Positions 38,771-51,870 of a stretch of 64,000 bases of DNA are shown in pieces. Each line of letters opens with the position of its first letter. Within the stretch, counting starts at the first letter, position 1. A program made the position numbers and the translations under genes. Location of the stretch: assembly GCA_013265495.1 (NCBI GenBank), contig MU058636.1, positions 2,728,001 through 2,792,000 on the forward strand. Direction: 5' to 3'. Below the pieces are notes generated by a model. That model was not told where the DNA came from, made no database searches, and saw nothing but the letters and a program-made list of their open reading frames with translations. Source of the stretch: Vicugna vicugna. Taxonomy: Eukaryota.

Positions 38771-41700
38771 AAGTGTTTTCCAAGCTGAGAGCCAGACCCA
38801 GGTGTTTTAACTGGAGTTAATAAGGGAGGGCGGTCCCTCTTGGGATTGGAGCAGAGAGGCATTCTACAGAAAGACTCATTCTCCAGGTTTTTTCAAAGGA
38901 AAGGTATGGCCCAGGAAGGGCCTCTGGGACACCAGTCGGGTCCCCAGGAGTCCGTTCACTGGTGGACTCAGTGTGGTCCGGGCTCAGGCCAGCCGCTCTG
39001 CACAGACAGAAACCTCCCGGAGGTGGCCGTTCCTAGGAAGGCTGAGCTACTCAGAGAAGTCAACTAGATGTATAACTAGAATGCTGACTGGTCTTTCTAA
39101 CAGAAAGAATTAAAACTGACAGGCAGACGGGCGATTACAAGCCTGATAAAGACGTGAGGTATTTTTAGAGTCAGTCCATGGTCATAAGAAGCTTTGATGA
39201 GGATGCAGTCTGAGCCAGCGAGTTGCGTTACGTAGGCATCCAGTGACTCAGCGCCTGGCGTGTCCACGTCCCGTCACCCCTCCAGCCCAAAATCACCTAG
39301 GAGGCCGTGCGATCGTGCTTGCCGCGGTGGCCGCCTCTTCCAAGCCCCCTTCGCTTTGCTTCTTCACTCCCGCCTCCTGCCCCCACCTCATCTTGCTGCT
39401 TTGAGTGCTGTCCTGTCCGTTTAGGGGTCACTTGGCTTGTCTCTACCCATAGCCTTTTATGTGTTGACTGTTATCTCAGAGGCTAACCTTGTTTACCTTT
39501 TCGCTGAATTCTTGGCAGGGGTGTGAGTTGGACAAGGTGCGTCACTGCCCCTCCCAGGTATGCGTGGGTGAGGGGACAGTAATAAATTTGGGAGGGTGAT
39601 CAGAGGAAGGTTGAATCCAGAAAGGTCAAGAGACTTCTTCAGTAATACATAAACGATTAAAAGTCATGGTTCTGGTGAGTTTTCTTTTCCCTTGCTGGCT
39701 CTGAGATCCAGAATTTCCCAGCCTTACTTCTTTGGATTCACATTCTTTCTCCCTGGGGCCCATAAGTCTCTGTCCTTCCTAATCATGGCTTGGTAATCCA
39801 GGTGTGGTCTGACGTTCCCCCGTTGACTACAGCCTCTTAGGTAAGTTAGGTTTTGCAACCACTGATTCCCCAGCACGCATGACAGCAGAGGCTGGACTGA
39901 CACATCTTGAAGTTTAGTCTGATTTCCTTTAAAACCAGATATGGCTTTGCTCATTTTCCACACGAGTAGACACTGACATGTATTTAAGAATATTAAGTGT
40001 GAGTGGTGCTGTCCCTTTGACCAGTGTATATTAAATTTCATTTCCGGGTGGAAAAGCAGGCACAAAAAAACAATGGTCTGTGTTCATTATATGTGGGAGA
40101 TGTAATACTTATTGATTAAGTCAAAGCCTGATGTCAGTGCTGCCTTAAAGCCATAACTGAAATGAATAAAAGGTCAGTCTCCCTCCCAAAGGAATTTTCC
40201 ACAGAGCCATATGATGAAGAATCTGGCCAGTCTTCACAATATTAATACTGAAAATGAACGCAGTCTTCACAAAAGGCAGTATGAAAACAATGCCGGAGAC
40301 TTACCATGTTCTGTTGATGTCACCTTGTGGCTGGCTCGTTTTGAAATATGGAAGAACATGCTTCCTTATTGAGACGAGGTTCTACCACGTGGAATTAAAC
40401 CCTAAACTGAACTTGTGGAGCGCTGCGTGAGAAGCGGTATTGCTTCTGGGAAGAATGGAAAAAAAAAATCCCTCTTTGTAATTTCATGTGTATGTATGTC
40501 CCTTAGATTTCAAACCTTCACAATAAAAAGGATCTAGATGTTTCCTCAAATGCCCGAAATCTATAGATTTTTTGCTGGTTGCGGTTCTTTTGTTTAGCCT
40601 GGGGAAAAGTGGCCCAGCTCGTGGGGTTGAATTTTCCTGGTCTGCACTGATTTCAGGGCAGGCTAAAAAGATAGAAGAGATTAGTTGGGAGTCTTTAGGC
40701 TTCCATATATATATTTGTTTAATTTTACGTGCATATAATGCCCCTCTATAAAAAGAGAAAACAGGTGGGGAGGAGGTAGCTGACAAAAACATTGAGATCC
40801 ACAGTGAATTGACATTGTATTTTATGAAAGTGTCATCAGTACCCATTGTAGCTGATCAAGCATTCTCGCAGGGACCGTCACAGACCAGAGGCAGACACTT
40901 GGCAAGAAGAAGAGAAGGGTCCGTCCAATGGGGTGACCGAGGTTCCCAGAAATAGCCCCAGGTGCTGTTTTGTGTCACTGGTTCTCCTGGCCTTTTCCTA
41001 CTAAGCTCCCTTCATAGGCTCCTGCTTACTCATCCCCTGGTCTCAGGGACACTCCAAGCCAGCCCTGCCTGGCTGAGTTATATCCCGTTGTTTTGTAATT
41101 GCTTATTCATTTACTGACTCTCTGGAAGACTCTTAAGCTCCTCAAAGGCAGAAATACCCTACCTGGCGGGGCTCAGTAAATACGTGTTGTATAAGTTTCC
41201 TATTTCTGCATTAGCTGGGGAATGAAAGCACCTTGGTTCCCTCAACACTCAGTGTTCTTAATAACCAGGCTGTGTGTTGGTTCCGAGTGCGAGGAGGGGC
41301 TTGGGTGGCTGATGCCCGAGGGAGGGTCACGTGGGCGATGCTGACCAGGACGGGCGTTTTCACTTCCTGTTACCGCCATCCTCGCAGGGCAGCACCAGCC
41401 ACCTGAGCAGACAGCCCCCGCTGACCGCGCGTGCTGGAGTAACAGAGTGTGGCAGGCTTGCCCGGGGCTCGGCCGCACGTCCAGTTGCTTGAAGTTAATG
41501 GAATGATTAGCAGGTTGCCCGCTTCGCCAGGCTTCTGTCGCTAGGAAAGAGGAAAGGCAGCCTTTCCCAAGAGTGGGCAGCGCCGTGTCTAAGAAGAGGC
41601 GTGGGCTTCCCCGGAGCAGGCCTGCAGGGGCGTGTTGGGGCAGGAGGGGTGGATTTGGGTGATCCTCGGGGAGAACTCACCTCGGACTCCACCTGCGGGT

Positions 41701-42944
41701 GCTGAGTCCCGCGCTAAAGAGACTAGAGGACTCGGAGCGCAACGGGGAGGTAGGCGATCAGATAAAAGAGGCGGCTAAGAAGACAGCTGCTGGTGTGGGT
41801 CTGAGGTGGATGTTCTCGAAGGGTCCGTTTCCAGCCCAGCCTGCCCTAGAGTAAATAGTCACTTTAGAGGAATGGCGTTCTTCGACTTGCGGATTTCTGC
41901 ACTGTATCACTAGGAGAGGTCGGATGCCTTGCTGAGTTCTATTTTTAGCCGATTGGAGTGAGAGCAGGGGCTCGTGTGCTTGGCACCAGCGAGGAATTTT
42001 CCACTCATTCCCCATGTAGGGAATGATCTAACACTGATCTAACGCTGGGCTGTCCGCAGAGGCCTTGCTCGGATTTCAGCCATCCCACCGCGTCATCACG
42101 CCGACCCGGCTTAGGGTGGGGAGGAAGGGGAGTGGTGCGTGAGATCCTTTGAAACGGAGTCTCTGGGGAGGCCTTTCTCCTGGATGTTCAGCAGAACCTC
42201 AGGGCCTTGCTGGATGGCTGCTGTCTCTGTCGAGTCACGATGGTGGAGGGGTCACTCTGGACGCAGGGAGTGGAGAGTGGACATTCCCTTAGGGGTCACC
42301 CCTTGCCTCCGGAGCAGTGTGCCTGCAGTCACAGCAGGTGGCTCATTCATTCCATTGCAGGGCAGCTACCTCACTGGGCTTGGCTTGCAGAAAACAAGGA
42401 GTAACTTAATTGATGCAGAGTTTTCACAAATTAGAAGAGTTGATATCATTTCAAAAACCAGCACTTAAGGAGGAAGGGCTGCAGCCAGGCTGCTCTGGCT
42501 GGCCTCGGCGAGCAGAGCTGGGCTGTGCCAGCATCTTTGGCAGGGATGCATTCGGAGGCCATCAGAAAGGGTCAGAGAAAACTGATCTGGGCAAGCTAAA
42601 CAGCAGCTCTGTCAGACGTTACAGCCCCACGTAGGCTGTACCGGAAATGAACTGAGGTGCAACAGACAAATCAACACCAAGGACAAACACAGGGAGGGCA
42701 GGGGGTGGGGTAAGGTGTGGTTGCAGCCAGGGGATGTTCGCAGTGAAACAGAGGGATCGGGAGCTGGCTCTGCCTCAATGCCCGGTAGACGTGAAAAACT
42801 TCGTGTAATGAGTGCTCAGATCCAGTCTGAGGATCGGTGCAGTTTGGTCTTGGTGTTGGGTGGACATAATCGTGGGTAGGAGGGGAGAATGTCCATGTGT
42901 TAGTGTTTGATGAAGACTGTGGACTCTGGGTTCAAACTCCTGCT

Positions 42945-43135
42945 TTGCCATTTCCTGTCTTGTTGTGGGTTACTTGGTGTGTTACCTCATCACAGAACCC
43001 CAGTTTCATCCTACAGAAAGGAAAATAAAACCCAGGGTCCACTCGACAGTTTTTGGAGGAGTGAATGAGGACCAGGGCTGACCCAGCGCTGTGCCTGTCT
43101 AGAAGGTGTTCAGTGAAGGTCAGTGTTAGTATTGC
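42945..43135 (+). mobile_element. MIR SINE (further MIR fragments at about 3380-3820, 8670-8780, 9790-10180, 44250-44350, 49990-50190, 60630-60800 and 61860-61980)
   Basis: MIR core: ctgggttcaaactcctgctttgcc...cccagtttcatcctacagaaagg. Confidence 0.65.
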
Positions 43136-45429
43136 CATCGCCATCAGCAGACCTTACCCGAGGTTAGTAGTTTTCTTGACATTTTAGCCATCAGGTCTGT
43201 TGCCTGTCTTTGGCGGCTGACCCTTGGTGAGCTTTTTGATGACTTCCAGACCAGTTGGTTTTGCAGTCTGTGCTGGCAGAAGGTCAGGGGTGAGGGTGGG
43301 GTGCGTCTTCACTGATCTTCCCCAAATGGAGAGGGTGCAGGCCCTCAGATCGCTCTGGTTTCCCTCCTATTTCCCCTGCTATCTCTTCTCCCTTCCCACC
43401 CCCTCCCTTTCTTTTCTTGCTTCTTCTCTTTCATTCTCTCACTTACGTTTCTCCTAAAGCCAAGATGGGTGGGGCAGGCCTGGCCACAGACACCACCAGC
43501 ACCTTTTCACCAAACTGACTCAAGTTTGAAGCTCTTCAATGTTACCAGCACTATCTCCAGCTGAGGCTGCTCCTCCTCACTGGACCTGCAAGACACTCCT
43601 TCTCCAAATGCCAGATTCTTCCCTGGCTGGACAGCGGAGTGTGAGGGGTTGTGATGTGGGACCCCTCCGCACGGCATGGGTGATGTCCAGGGGCATCACC
43701 CCAGGGGCTGCTGCAGGAGCTGAGGGAGACGTTGGCTTTGGGTTAAACTAGAGTCAGCAGCCCGGGAGTGAATACCTGGGATGCTGTTTCTGGACTGATA
43801 AGTGCAGCGTTTCAGTTCTCTGGCTGTGCTTTGGAACTGAGGATATCAGTGTTCAAAAGTATTCTTAATAGTAGAAACAAGTTAGGTTTTTCACTAGTTT
43901 GAGATTATTTGGGAGTAAATACTGGGATTTACCCTCTCCGGAATACCAAGTTTTCTTAACTCGCAGTAGCAAGTCAGCGGTGGTATTACACGGCTGGGAG
44001 CGCAGGCGCCTCGTCCCCGGGATCCGTCTGGTTAGGTATTTTCCCTGTTCTGGGTTCTCCAGTCTCTGAACGTAGAGTAAAATCAGGACAGAGCCAGGAA
44101 GATGCTGTTAAACAAACAACTAAATCAATACTAGAGAATAAGACAAATGCCAGTTCTAAACACATTCAGATACTCAAGGTAGAAGAGCACCTGTTATCGA
44201 CAGCATGACATCGGGCTGCAAAGGAAATCAAAGGAGACAACGAGTTGTAATAATGACTAGCACTTGTATGGAGCTTGTAAGTGCCAGGCACATTCTAGCT
44301 GCTTCATGTAGGTTGACTGTTTAACCCTCAGGACAACCCCAGGCAGTGGGCGTGGCATCAAGGCAGCATCGATTTGTGATTAGGGGAATGTCTGCTCTCA
44401 GGTGTGATTCCCAGCCTTCAGATTCAGGGAAGGCAAGGATGCTGTGGGCTGGGATGGAAGGAGGGAGCTTCACGAGTGAGATGCAGGTCCCCTGTCCCTC
44501 AGAGGGTGTGTTATTGCTCCGTTAGTCTTAAGACAACCGTGACTTAATCATTGTTGATGCCTGTAACTAAAATAACTCTCAGCTTATTATGCAAATCAAG
44601 TTTGATTTTTGCATGAAATTCTGACATTGCTTAGCAAATGCCCTTTGGATAACCTGAGACCCTCCCTCCCCTCCACCCACCGTAGCGCATGTGTCACCGG
44701 GGTCTAAACACAGCAGACTCAGAACCGAGATTGTGACAGCTGTCTGTCTGTTCACGTTCGGCACAGGTGTTTCGGGGGTGCTGAGATCAAAGTCAAAGGA
44801 GGTTAAGAAAGAAAGAGCATTCTGGACGTTTGTGCTAGATATTTGGTACACATTTTAGCCCAAATCCCCTCATTGGAAATGTTTGCTTTGGGAGTACATC
44901 CCCCAGAATGAGAGAGCCTTTCCTCGAAGGCCTGTGTTTTTGGTATCTCTAACTTGGAGAGAATTTACATAACACATCTTTCCTGGTTATTATTAGTAGT
45001 AATAAAATCATAACAAATGTAAATATTTGTGGTGACTCATATCTTCAACTGCTTCCCTATTTTGTGTCATGGTTTGTATTTGATTTGAAAACAGCTAAGC
45101 AGTCATGTGCTTACAGATGTCATCCTTCGCAGTCAGTCACCAGTGTGAGTTTTCCTTTTCCTCCTCCTACTGATGCAGATATGGGACAAAAAACTTGGAA
45201 ACCTTATGTTTTGATGTCGGTCTTCTTACAAAGAGAATGGTTCACATTATGTGTTCTGTTTAGGTATTATTCATTGGGTAGCTAACCGTGCGTGTGTGGA
45301 CAGAAGGGTAAGTTTAAGGGGACAAGACAATTGGTAAAATAAGCATTTGGCCTTCAGAGAAATATAGCCTGGACATTTTAACGGTCAAAAGTCTCGTAAT
45401 AGTGACGATAATTTAAAATGCACAGTAAT

Positions 45430-45512
45430 GGGGAGTAGGAAATAGCTCAATGGTAGAGCACATGCTTAGCATGCACTAGGTCCTGGGTTCAATCCCCAGT
45501 GCCTCCATTAAT
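45430..45512 (+). mobile_element. tRNA-Ala-derived SINE (Vic-1-like), about 350 bp upstream of the MTUS2 exon
   Basis: tagctcaatggtagagcacatgcttagcatgcactaggtcctgggttcaatccccagtgcctccatta. Confidence 0.85.
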
Positions 45513-45857
45513 ATTTTGCTTAATGTATAATAATATATAACAGTGAATTAAGCGTAGAACATCAACATACAAAGAATGACTGCAGGATGATGTATACAAG
45601 AGTGCAACGCAGAGAAAAGCCCACGCAGGAGTGGTGTGGATGTTAAATGGCAGGCTTGGCGATCTGAACGGGACGCAATTGAATGGGCCAGACTTGGCTT
45701 TGGAAATGTTTTTTATATGCTTCTATAATGAGAAAATTATCTCCTTAAGGGCTAGACTTACAAGTATTTGCGTAATATGATTCATTAATTAAACATGTGA
45801 AAATGCTCATCTAGCATAAAACTGGGGGACTCTCGGTATCCGTTTTGTTTTTTGCAG

Positions 45858-45924
45858 AATGAAAGTGCCCTTGTGAAAGAGAAAGAGCTGTCAATCGAAC
45901 TTGCAAACATCAGGGATGAAGTTG
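45858..45924 (+). CDS. MTUS2: MTUS2 internal coding exon, 67 nt (NESALVKEKELSIELANIRDEV + 1 nt), start of the C-terminal coiled-coil region
   Basis: Acceptor cgttttgttttttgcAG (45841-45857), consensus donor G|GTAAGT at 45925, open frame, coiled-coil-like peptide recognised as MTUS2. Confidence 0.95.
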
Positions 45925-48425
45925 GTAAGTCGGGCGTCAGACATGAGGACCGTAAAGAATGTCTTTTCCTGCTGCCTGTGAGTGTGTAACAAAAGGGTTA
46001 CGTCTCGGGTCTTAAGCCGGAGCAGACCTGCTGGACACAGGGAGCGTCTTCCCCGGCACCGCGGTGGGGTCTTGCAGCCTTGCAGGGAGCCGTAATTTCG
46101 ACGTCTCCGTTGTTATAAAGCTTCTAACAGTTCAGAGCGGAGCTGGCCAGGCCCGGCTCCGCTCCTCCCGGGACAGCCCCGCCATCTGTGTGAGTGGCGT
46201 GCTGTGCAGTGACCCCTCCGTCCAGGCACACCCCACCCCCGGCGGGCGCAGCTCCGGGACAAGCAGCTCAGCTCGGAAGGGAACTGAGGCGCTGCCTGTA
46301 AGATGCTTCCTGCCAGCGTATGCCCTGCCATGCAGTCCTCTGTGACCTCAAACAAGGTACAGAACACGAATCTGGGGGGGTTAGAAATGCGGGGGTTCGT
46401 GTCAGAGCGCCTCCTCTTTGGCTGATAGGATGGCGTAGTTCAGGCTGAACCGCAGGAGACCTTGCAAATGACAGGCCGCCCCCAGGCCCCGGGGTGGTGT
46501 TCAGTGGTGGGCTTTCGCTCTCGGCCGAAGGTCAGACCAAGGATTTGCCACATTTCAGTTCCTCGACCCCCTCTCTCTCTTGAGGGTCGGTCACGCTAGC
46601 AAAGGTGAGCCAAACATGGTCTCGTCCCCTTGGCCTGCTGTTCTCTTTGCGGTGAGTGTTCCCCTTCCATCCGGTGTGGTCCTGGGGACAGCCCACCTGG
46701 GCAGGTGCGGCCTCCACTGTGAGCAAAGGGACTTGAGCAGCCCCGCCAGCCCCAGTGGGTGGCGGTGGCATCTGTTTCCAGGCAAGCCGTGCAAATAGGC
46801 AGGAGTCTGGAGGCCAGCCTTCCCCAGGGAACACGGGCCCCAGGGATGCGCAGTGGACTGGGCAGTGATTTGCAAACACAGCTTCCCCTGTCCCTTTTTA
46901 CCCTCATTTTGTTCGAACCTTAAAAATTTTTATTTTGTTTCTTCATCATGAGCGTTGTGACTCTTTTGGTCATTGAGGTGAGTCAGCCGTGGCCTCTCCT
47001 CCCCTCCAAGGAGGGCAGGCCCCGTGGGAAAGCTGCCAGGAAGAGCTCCCCGTCCCCAGCCTCCCCTGTGTGTGATGAGAGCTGCAGGACCGTGTACGCC
47101 CAGGCCGGGGCGCCCACACCTGGCTTCCCTGATGCGGGGCACCAGTGGGTGAGCCCACAGGTGGGCTTTCTGAGAGGCCTGAGGAACGGAAACGGCAGTT
47201 TGTGAGGGGGCTCCCGCGACGCCCAGGGCCGCAAGCGCGAGTGTCTTGGTGACACGCCTGAGTTCTCAGGTGGCCCTGAAGCTTACCGGTTCTGGGCCTG
47301 GGCTTTGGAGGAAACAACCGAGGGCCAGGTAGGGCGAGCTGGCGCATGTCTCTGTCCCTAGATCTCCTTCATAAAAAGGAAATTCGATGAAAGAAGAGGG
47401 TGGTGATGAAGCAATCTGTACAAGTGGCTCTTGTAACTATTAGGTGTGTAGCGCCTTGAACCTGAGGACGGAAGACGAAACCCTCCATTACAGGGTGGGC
47501 TCTTCCCCAGAGAGCCGTCTGCACTGCCACCCGCCCCCGGGCAAGCTTTGGATCCGGGGGTGTTGTCCTGCCCGGCTTCGTGGGGTGTCCCCCGTCCGGG
47601 GCCCCTCTCCCGTGCTTTCCTGGAGCTTCTGAGGGTGGCAGGAGCATGCTGGGTTTTGTGTTTAAGCCCATATTTGATTTCTGCACGAGTGCTAAGGCTA
47701 GAACCAGAATTCACCTGCAAAATGAAGAAGCCACGGCGGGTGGGGCAACCAGGCCTGGCCGTTAGCATCTGGGCTTCGGGCCCCAGCGGACACTTTAGCA
47801 CAAGCACCGGAAGCGCTGAAGAGACAGCACTTGTGCGATAAAGACTGGAGCGTGGGGACTCGCTGCTGCCTGTGAAGTCATAAATTCTGGTGTCTTGACC
47901 TGCAGGGTGTTTGCCTTGAAGGCAAAAGGGAACTAAGCTCACTAACCTGACTTTCCAGCGATCACACTGAGAGCGGGTCCCACCTGTCTCCTTACCACCA
48001 GCCCCACCCTTATTTGGCCCCCTTGTCAGCTGAGTCGAGGGGGCGCCTGGAGGAGAGGACCTCGGGGTGGCTCTGGGGGAAGATGGGATTTCTAGGGGTT
48101 GTGAATTCAGACACACGAGAAAGGAAGAAGCGGCAATAGGTCAGAATGCTTTCGGGACACTTATTACAGATCCCAAAACAGGACTGGCTTGTCCCCCATA
48201 TCTCAAAATTGCTGCTTAAACTTTTTCATAACCATTAAAATACTGCCCTGAATTCTACCAATATTTGCTCCTAAGTATCCATCCCATGGTGTGAATGGGA
48301 TGTGAATAAATTCAAACAAAGATTTTTCACATCTATTCAGAATCAGCTCTCCTGGTGGTTCTCAGCTCTGGTACATATTAATCTCAGTGTAGCTGGGGTT
48401 GCCTTATAAAAAGGAAATTAAAACC

Positions 48426-48481
48426 CTCTCTCTCACACACACACACACACACGCACACATACACACTCTCTCTCTCTCTCC
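48426..48481. repeat. Compound (CT)n(CA)n(CT)n microsatellite
   Basis: ctctctctcacacacacacacacacacgcacacatacacactctctctctctctc. Confidence 0.9.
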
Positions 48482-50399
48482 TAAGAGAAGACACACATCG
48501 GCTCACAGACCACACAAGCATGTAGCTGGGGGCAGAGCCTTCTTGGTCCAAGAGCAGAGTCCCTGTGGCGTGGCTGAAGTTGCTGTCTTCTGGGTTACGT
48601 CGCACCTCCCGTAGAGACGGGGATGTCTGGCCATCCTCTTGAAAGCTTCTCATTCTCAGGTCACCCACAGGGATGATGGCTCTTGCCTTGTCTTTGGAGT
48701 TGGCCTGAATTGGGTCTGTCCTTGGAAGAGCCCTCCTCAAGGTGTACTGGTTGGGAATGGAAGGGCATTCTGGATCTCCAGGAAACTAGAATCCAACACC
48801 ACATCCAGGGAAGGAGCAGCAAAGATGCTAGAAATGTATTCAATATTTTATTTTTAAGCACATCTTAGAATCCCCCATAAAATACAGTTCTTAAAATACA
48901 GGGCTTGAGTTTTGGATGGACTGGCACTCTCCAAACTTGGAAATCAAACGTTGGATAATTGAAGGTTCACTCTTACATCAGTAGGTACCAAAATCGATTT
49001 ATAAGATGTTCTTCCTGGAAGCAGGTTATTTCCTGTCAAGACCTTATGCGTCAAGTTGTTGGCTGCCACAGGTGGATATTATGGTCCTCTGTCCAGCAAA
49101 GCTGAGCTTTAAAACATATGAATTAGATGAACCCCACCAGGCAGAAAAACACGCAATAAACGGCTAAGTTTAAATGGTGCCTCTGGCCGCACTCCTTCGT
49201 TAGCCGGGATGCCCTCCCAGCCAGACCGGAAGCCCCGTTGAGATGTCCGTGCAGACACGAGTTGGACCAGCACTAACTCCAGTGCACACCTCCCACCAGA
49301 TTCCTTCCTTGGGGCTACTCAAAGCTGAGGCTGTCTGAATTTGGTGTGAAATTGCCTCTCATCTTGGAAATTCTCAGTCACCCCAGCTGCTGTCCTCCTG
49401 GCCTTATTTACCTGCCGCTGCCCCCAGCCCCCAGGGCTGATGGACAGAGCTGCCTTCGCTTCTGTGCGTGGCTTCTGTCACCCTCTCCTCTCTTGAACTT
49501 GTCACTGCCTCTGCCCTGGCTCCCCCCACCCCAATCCAGACCAGCCAGTTTTGATCTTTCTGCTTCAGATGTAGGATGGACTTTGCGTTTTGATCTCTGC
49601 TGAACACTTTAAAAGCACTTAACATGAAATACAGGCTTTAAAACAGAAAGGAGTGTTTAGCAAAGCAATCATTCTGGCAAAGTTTCAGCTTATTGAAACA
49701 AAGCCAAAAATACCTGAAAGTTTTCTATAGCATGAAATAAAGACAGACTAAAGAATTCTGAGAGCTTTGCTCTCAAGCTATGCTAGGAATCTAAACTTAC
49801 GACAGTAAGCCCTGAATTGTTACTTATTGTGTTAAGTTACTAAATAGAATGAACTTTTCAATTTATTCTTGTTTATAACTAGCAACCTACACACGTACAC
49901 ACGTACCACTGTAAGTGTATTTGTGAGATGATTTTTCCTTTCAGGGTTATACTTAAAATGTGTCTTCCAATTTATGATCATAATCCCTTACATTTACATA
50001 GTGCTTAGTGCTTAGCAGGCTCTGTCACATGGTATGTTTTATTTATTCATTCAAACAACTCTGTGAAGTAGATGTCGATGTCTTTATTTTATAGAAGTTG
50101 AGGCTCCGGAAGATTAAGAGACTTCCCTAAGACCATGCAGCTGGTATGGGACAGAGTCAAGCCTGAAGCCCAAGTCTAGAACTCTTCTCCATATAGGTGT
50201 AACTTTCCCACAGCATCCTGAGCCCCACCACCAAATTTTTTTTATAATTTTTAATTTAGTAGATGGAAAAATCAGATAAAATAAAATAGCTTTTCCTGCC
50301 AGTTCTATGTGACTTCCACACAAAGTCTTAATAGATGCTAGTACAGATCTGTCCAAATACAGATTAGACTATAATTATAGAGCAGTGTTATGTTAATTC

Positions 50400-50790
50400 A
50401 TTCTAAGCGCATCCTTTGGATTGATTCAGAAACGGATAACAAACTCCCTAAACAATGGTAACTTAATCGAGGGAGATTTTTATTCCTCTCTTATGTAAAA
50501 GTCACGAGGTAAGAACTTAGAGGCAGGTGTGGTTCTGTTCCACAGGGTCCACTGGGGGCCCCGCCTTCCTGCAGCGCCCTGTTCCCCCTCCCCTGAGGCC
50601 GTGGTGCTTCTCTGTGGCCCAGGTCGCAGGAAGGAGGAAGGAATGAACCAAGAAGCAGAGACAGTGGGTTGGCTCCCCTGGGAGGAAAGTTTCCAGGAGC
50701 TACACTTCACCTTATGTCTCGGCCAGAACTAAGTCACAGGGCAAACCTAGTCATGAGGGGGACTGGGGAACGTGCTCTTTTTTCTTGGTG
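50400..50790 (-). mobile_element. Old MLT1-type LTR fragment
   Basis: cttatgtctcggccagaactaagtcacagggcaaacctagtcatgagggggactggggaacgt. Confidence 0.5.
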
Positions 50791-51084
50791 ATGCCTGGAT
50801 ATTTTATTTCTGCGAAGGAAGTGGGGTCTCACGTGCCTGCGTCGGCAGAATAGTCCTGTCACACGAGGTGAATGAGAGCGGAGGATCTGGCAGAACGTCT
50901 GGCTGAACAGGGCGGGTGCGGTATATGCTAATTTCCTTACGCTTCACATTAGACTCTTCTGTCTTCCTTCCTCTCACAGCTTTAAAAAGCTGAGTTAAAA
51001 TGCAAAAACCAAGAAGATACCTCAGGAAAAAAATAACTAATCTTGGGATCCCAAACAATGCATTTTTTTCTGATTTATAAAATT

Positions 51085-51870
51085 ATCCCGTCTAAGCACA
51101 CCGATTAAAAGACAGTTTGCCAAATTAGGTAAGAAGGCAAGATGCTGCTGTGTGCTGCCTAAAAGAAATCCACTTCAAATATAAAAATATAGATATTTAA
51201 AAGTAAAAGGATAAAAGAAAGATATACTGTGCTAACACCAATCAAAACAGAATGGGGATGTCCATGTTAGTATCACACGAAGTAAACTTCAGTACTGTTA
51301 CCAAGGATGAAGATGACCATTACATAATGGTCAAGGAATCAGTTCTCCAAAAACACATAACAATACTAAATATCTGTGTGCCTGAAAGTAGAGCTTCAAA
51401 TCATAGGAAAGGAGGAATAGGCAAATCCACGATTACGGCTGGAGACTCCAGGGTTTTCTCTCTACCGAGAAAACAAACAGGCAGAAAATCAGTTGGGATT
51501 TAAAAGACCAAAACAGCTGTATCAACCAGCTTGACCTAACTGACGTCAGTAGAACATTCCATCTACCAAGCAGAATGGACATCCTTCTCAAATGCACGTG
51601 GAGCATTGACTGACATGGACCCCATGCTGAGCCCTAAGACAAACCTCAGCAAATACAGAAGAACTGAAATCATACAAAACATTTTAGACTGTAGCAGAAT
51701 TAGACTGTGAATCAGTGACAGGAAGATACGTGGGACACTCCAAACACTGGGAAATTAAACATGACAACCAACACGTGGGTCAAGGAGAAAACCACATGGT
51801 AAATTAGAAATTTATGTTGAATTGAATGAAAATAAAAACACAAAATCTGTGGGATGTCAAATTCTCTCTG
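51085..51870 (+). mobile_element. L1 ORF2 endonuclease-domain fragment
   Basis: Translates to DHYIMVKESVLQKHITILNICVP (cf. GHYIMVKGSIQQEELTILNIYAP); disrupted by frameshifts and stops. Confidence 0.85.

Larger units (their letters stand above)
35956..45857 (+). other. MTUS2: MTUS2 short-isoform intron 1 (GT...AG, about 9.9 kb, phase 0)
   Basis: GT at 35956 and AG at 45856-45857. Joining gives continuous ...LDKT|NESAL... Confidence 0.88.

Noticed and set aside
47358..48116. Longest ORF in the track (252 aa, minus strand)
   Set aside because: Non-ATG start, low-complexity Pro/Gly/Ser/Arg composition, no recognisable domain; expected by chance in GC-rich intron.
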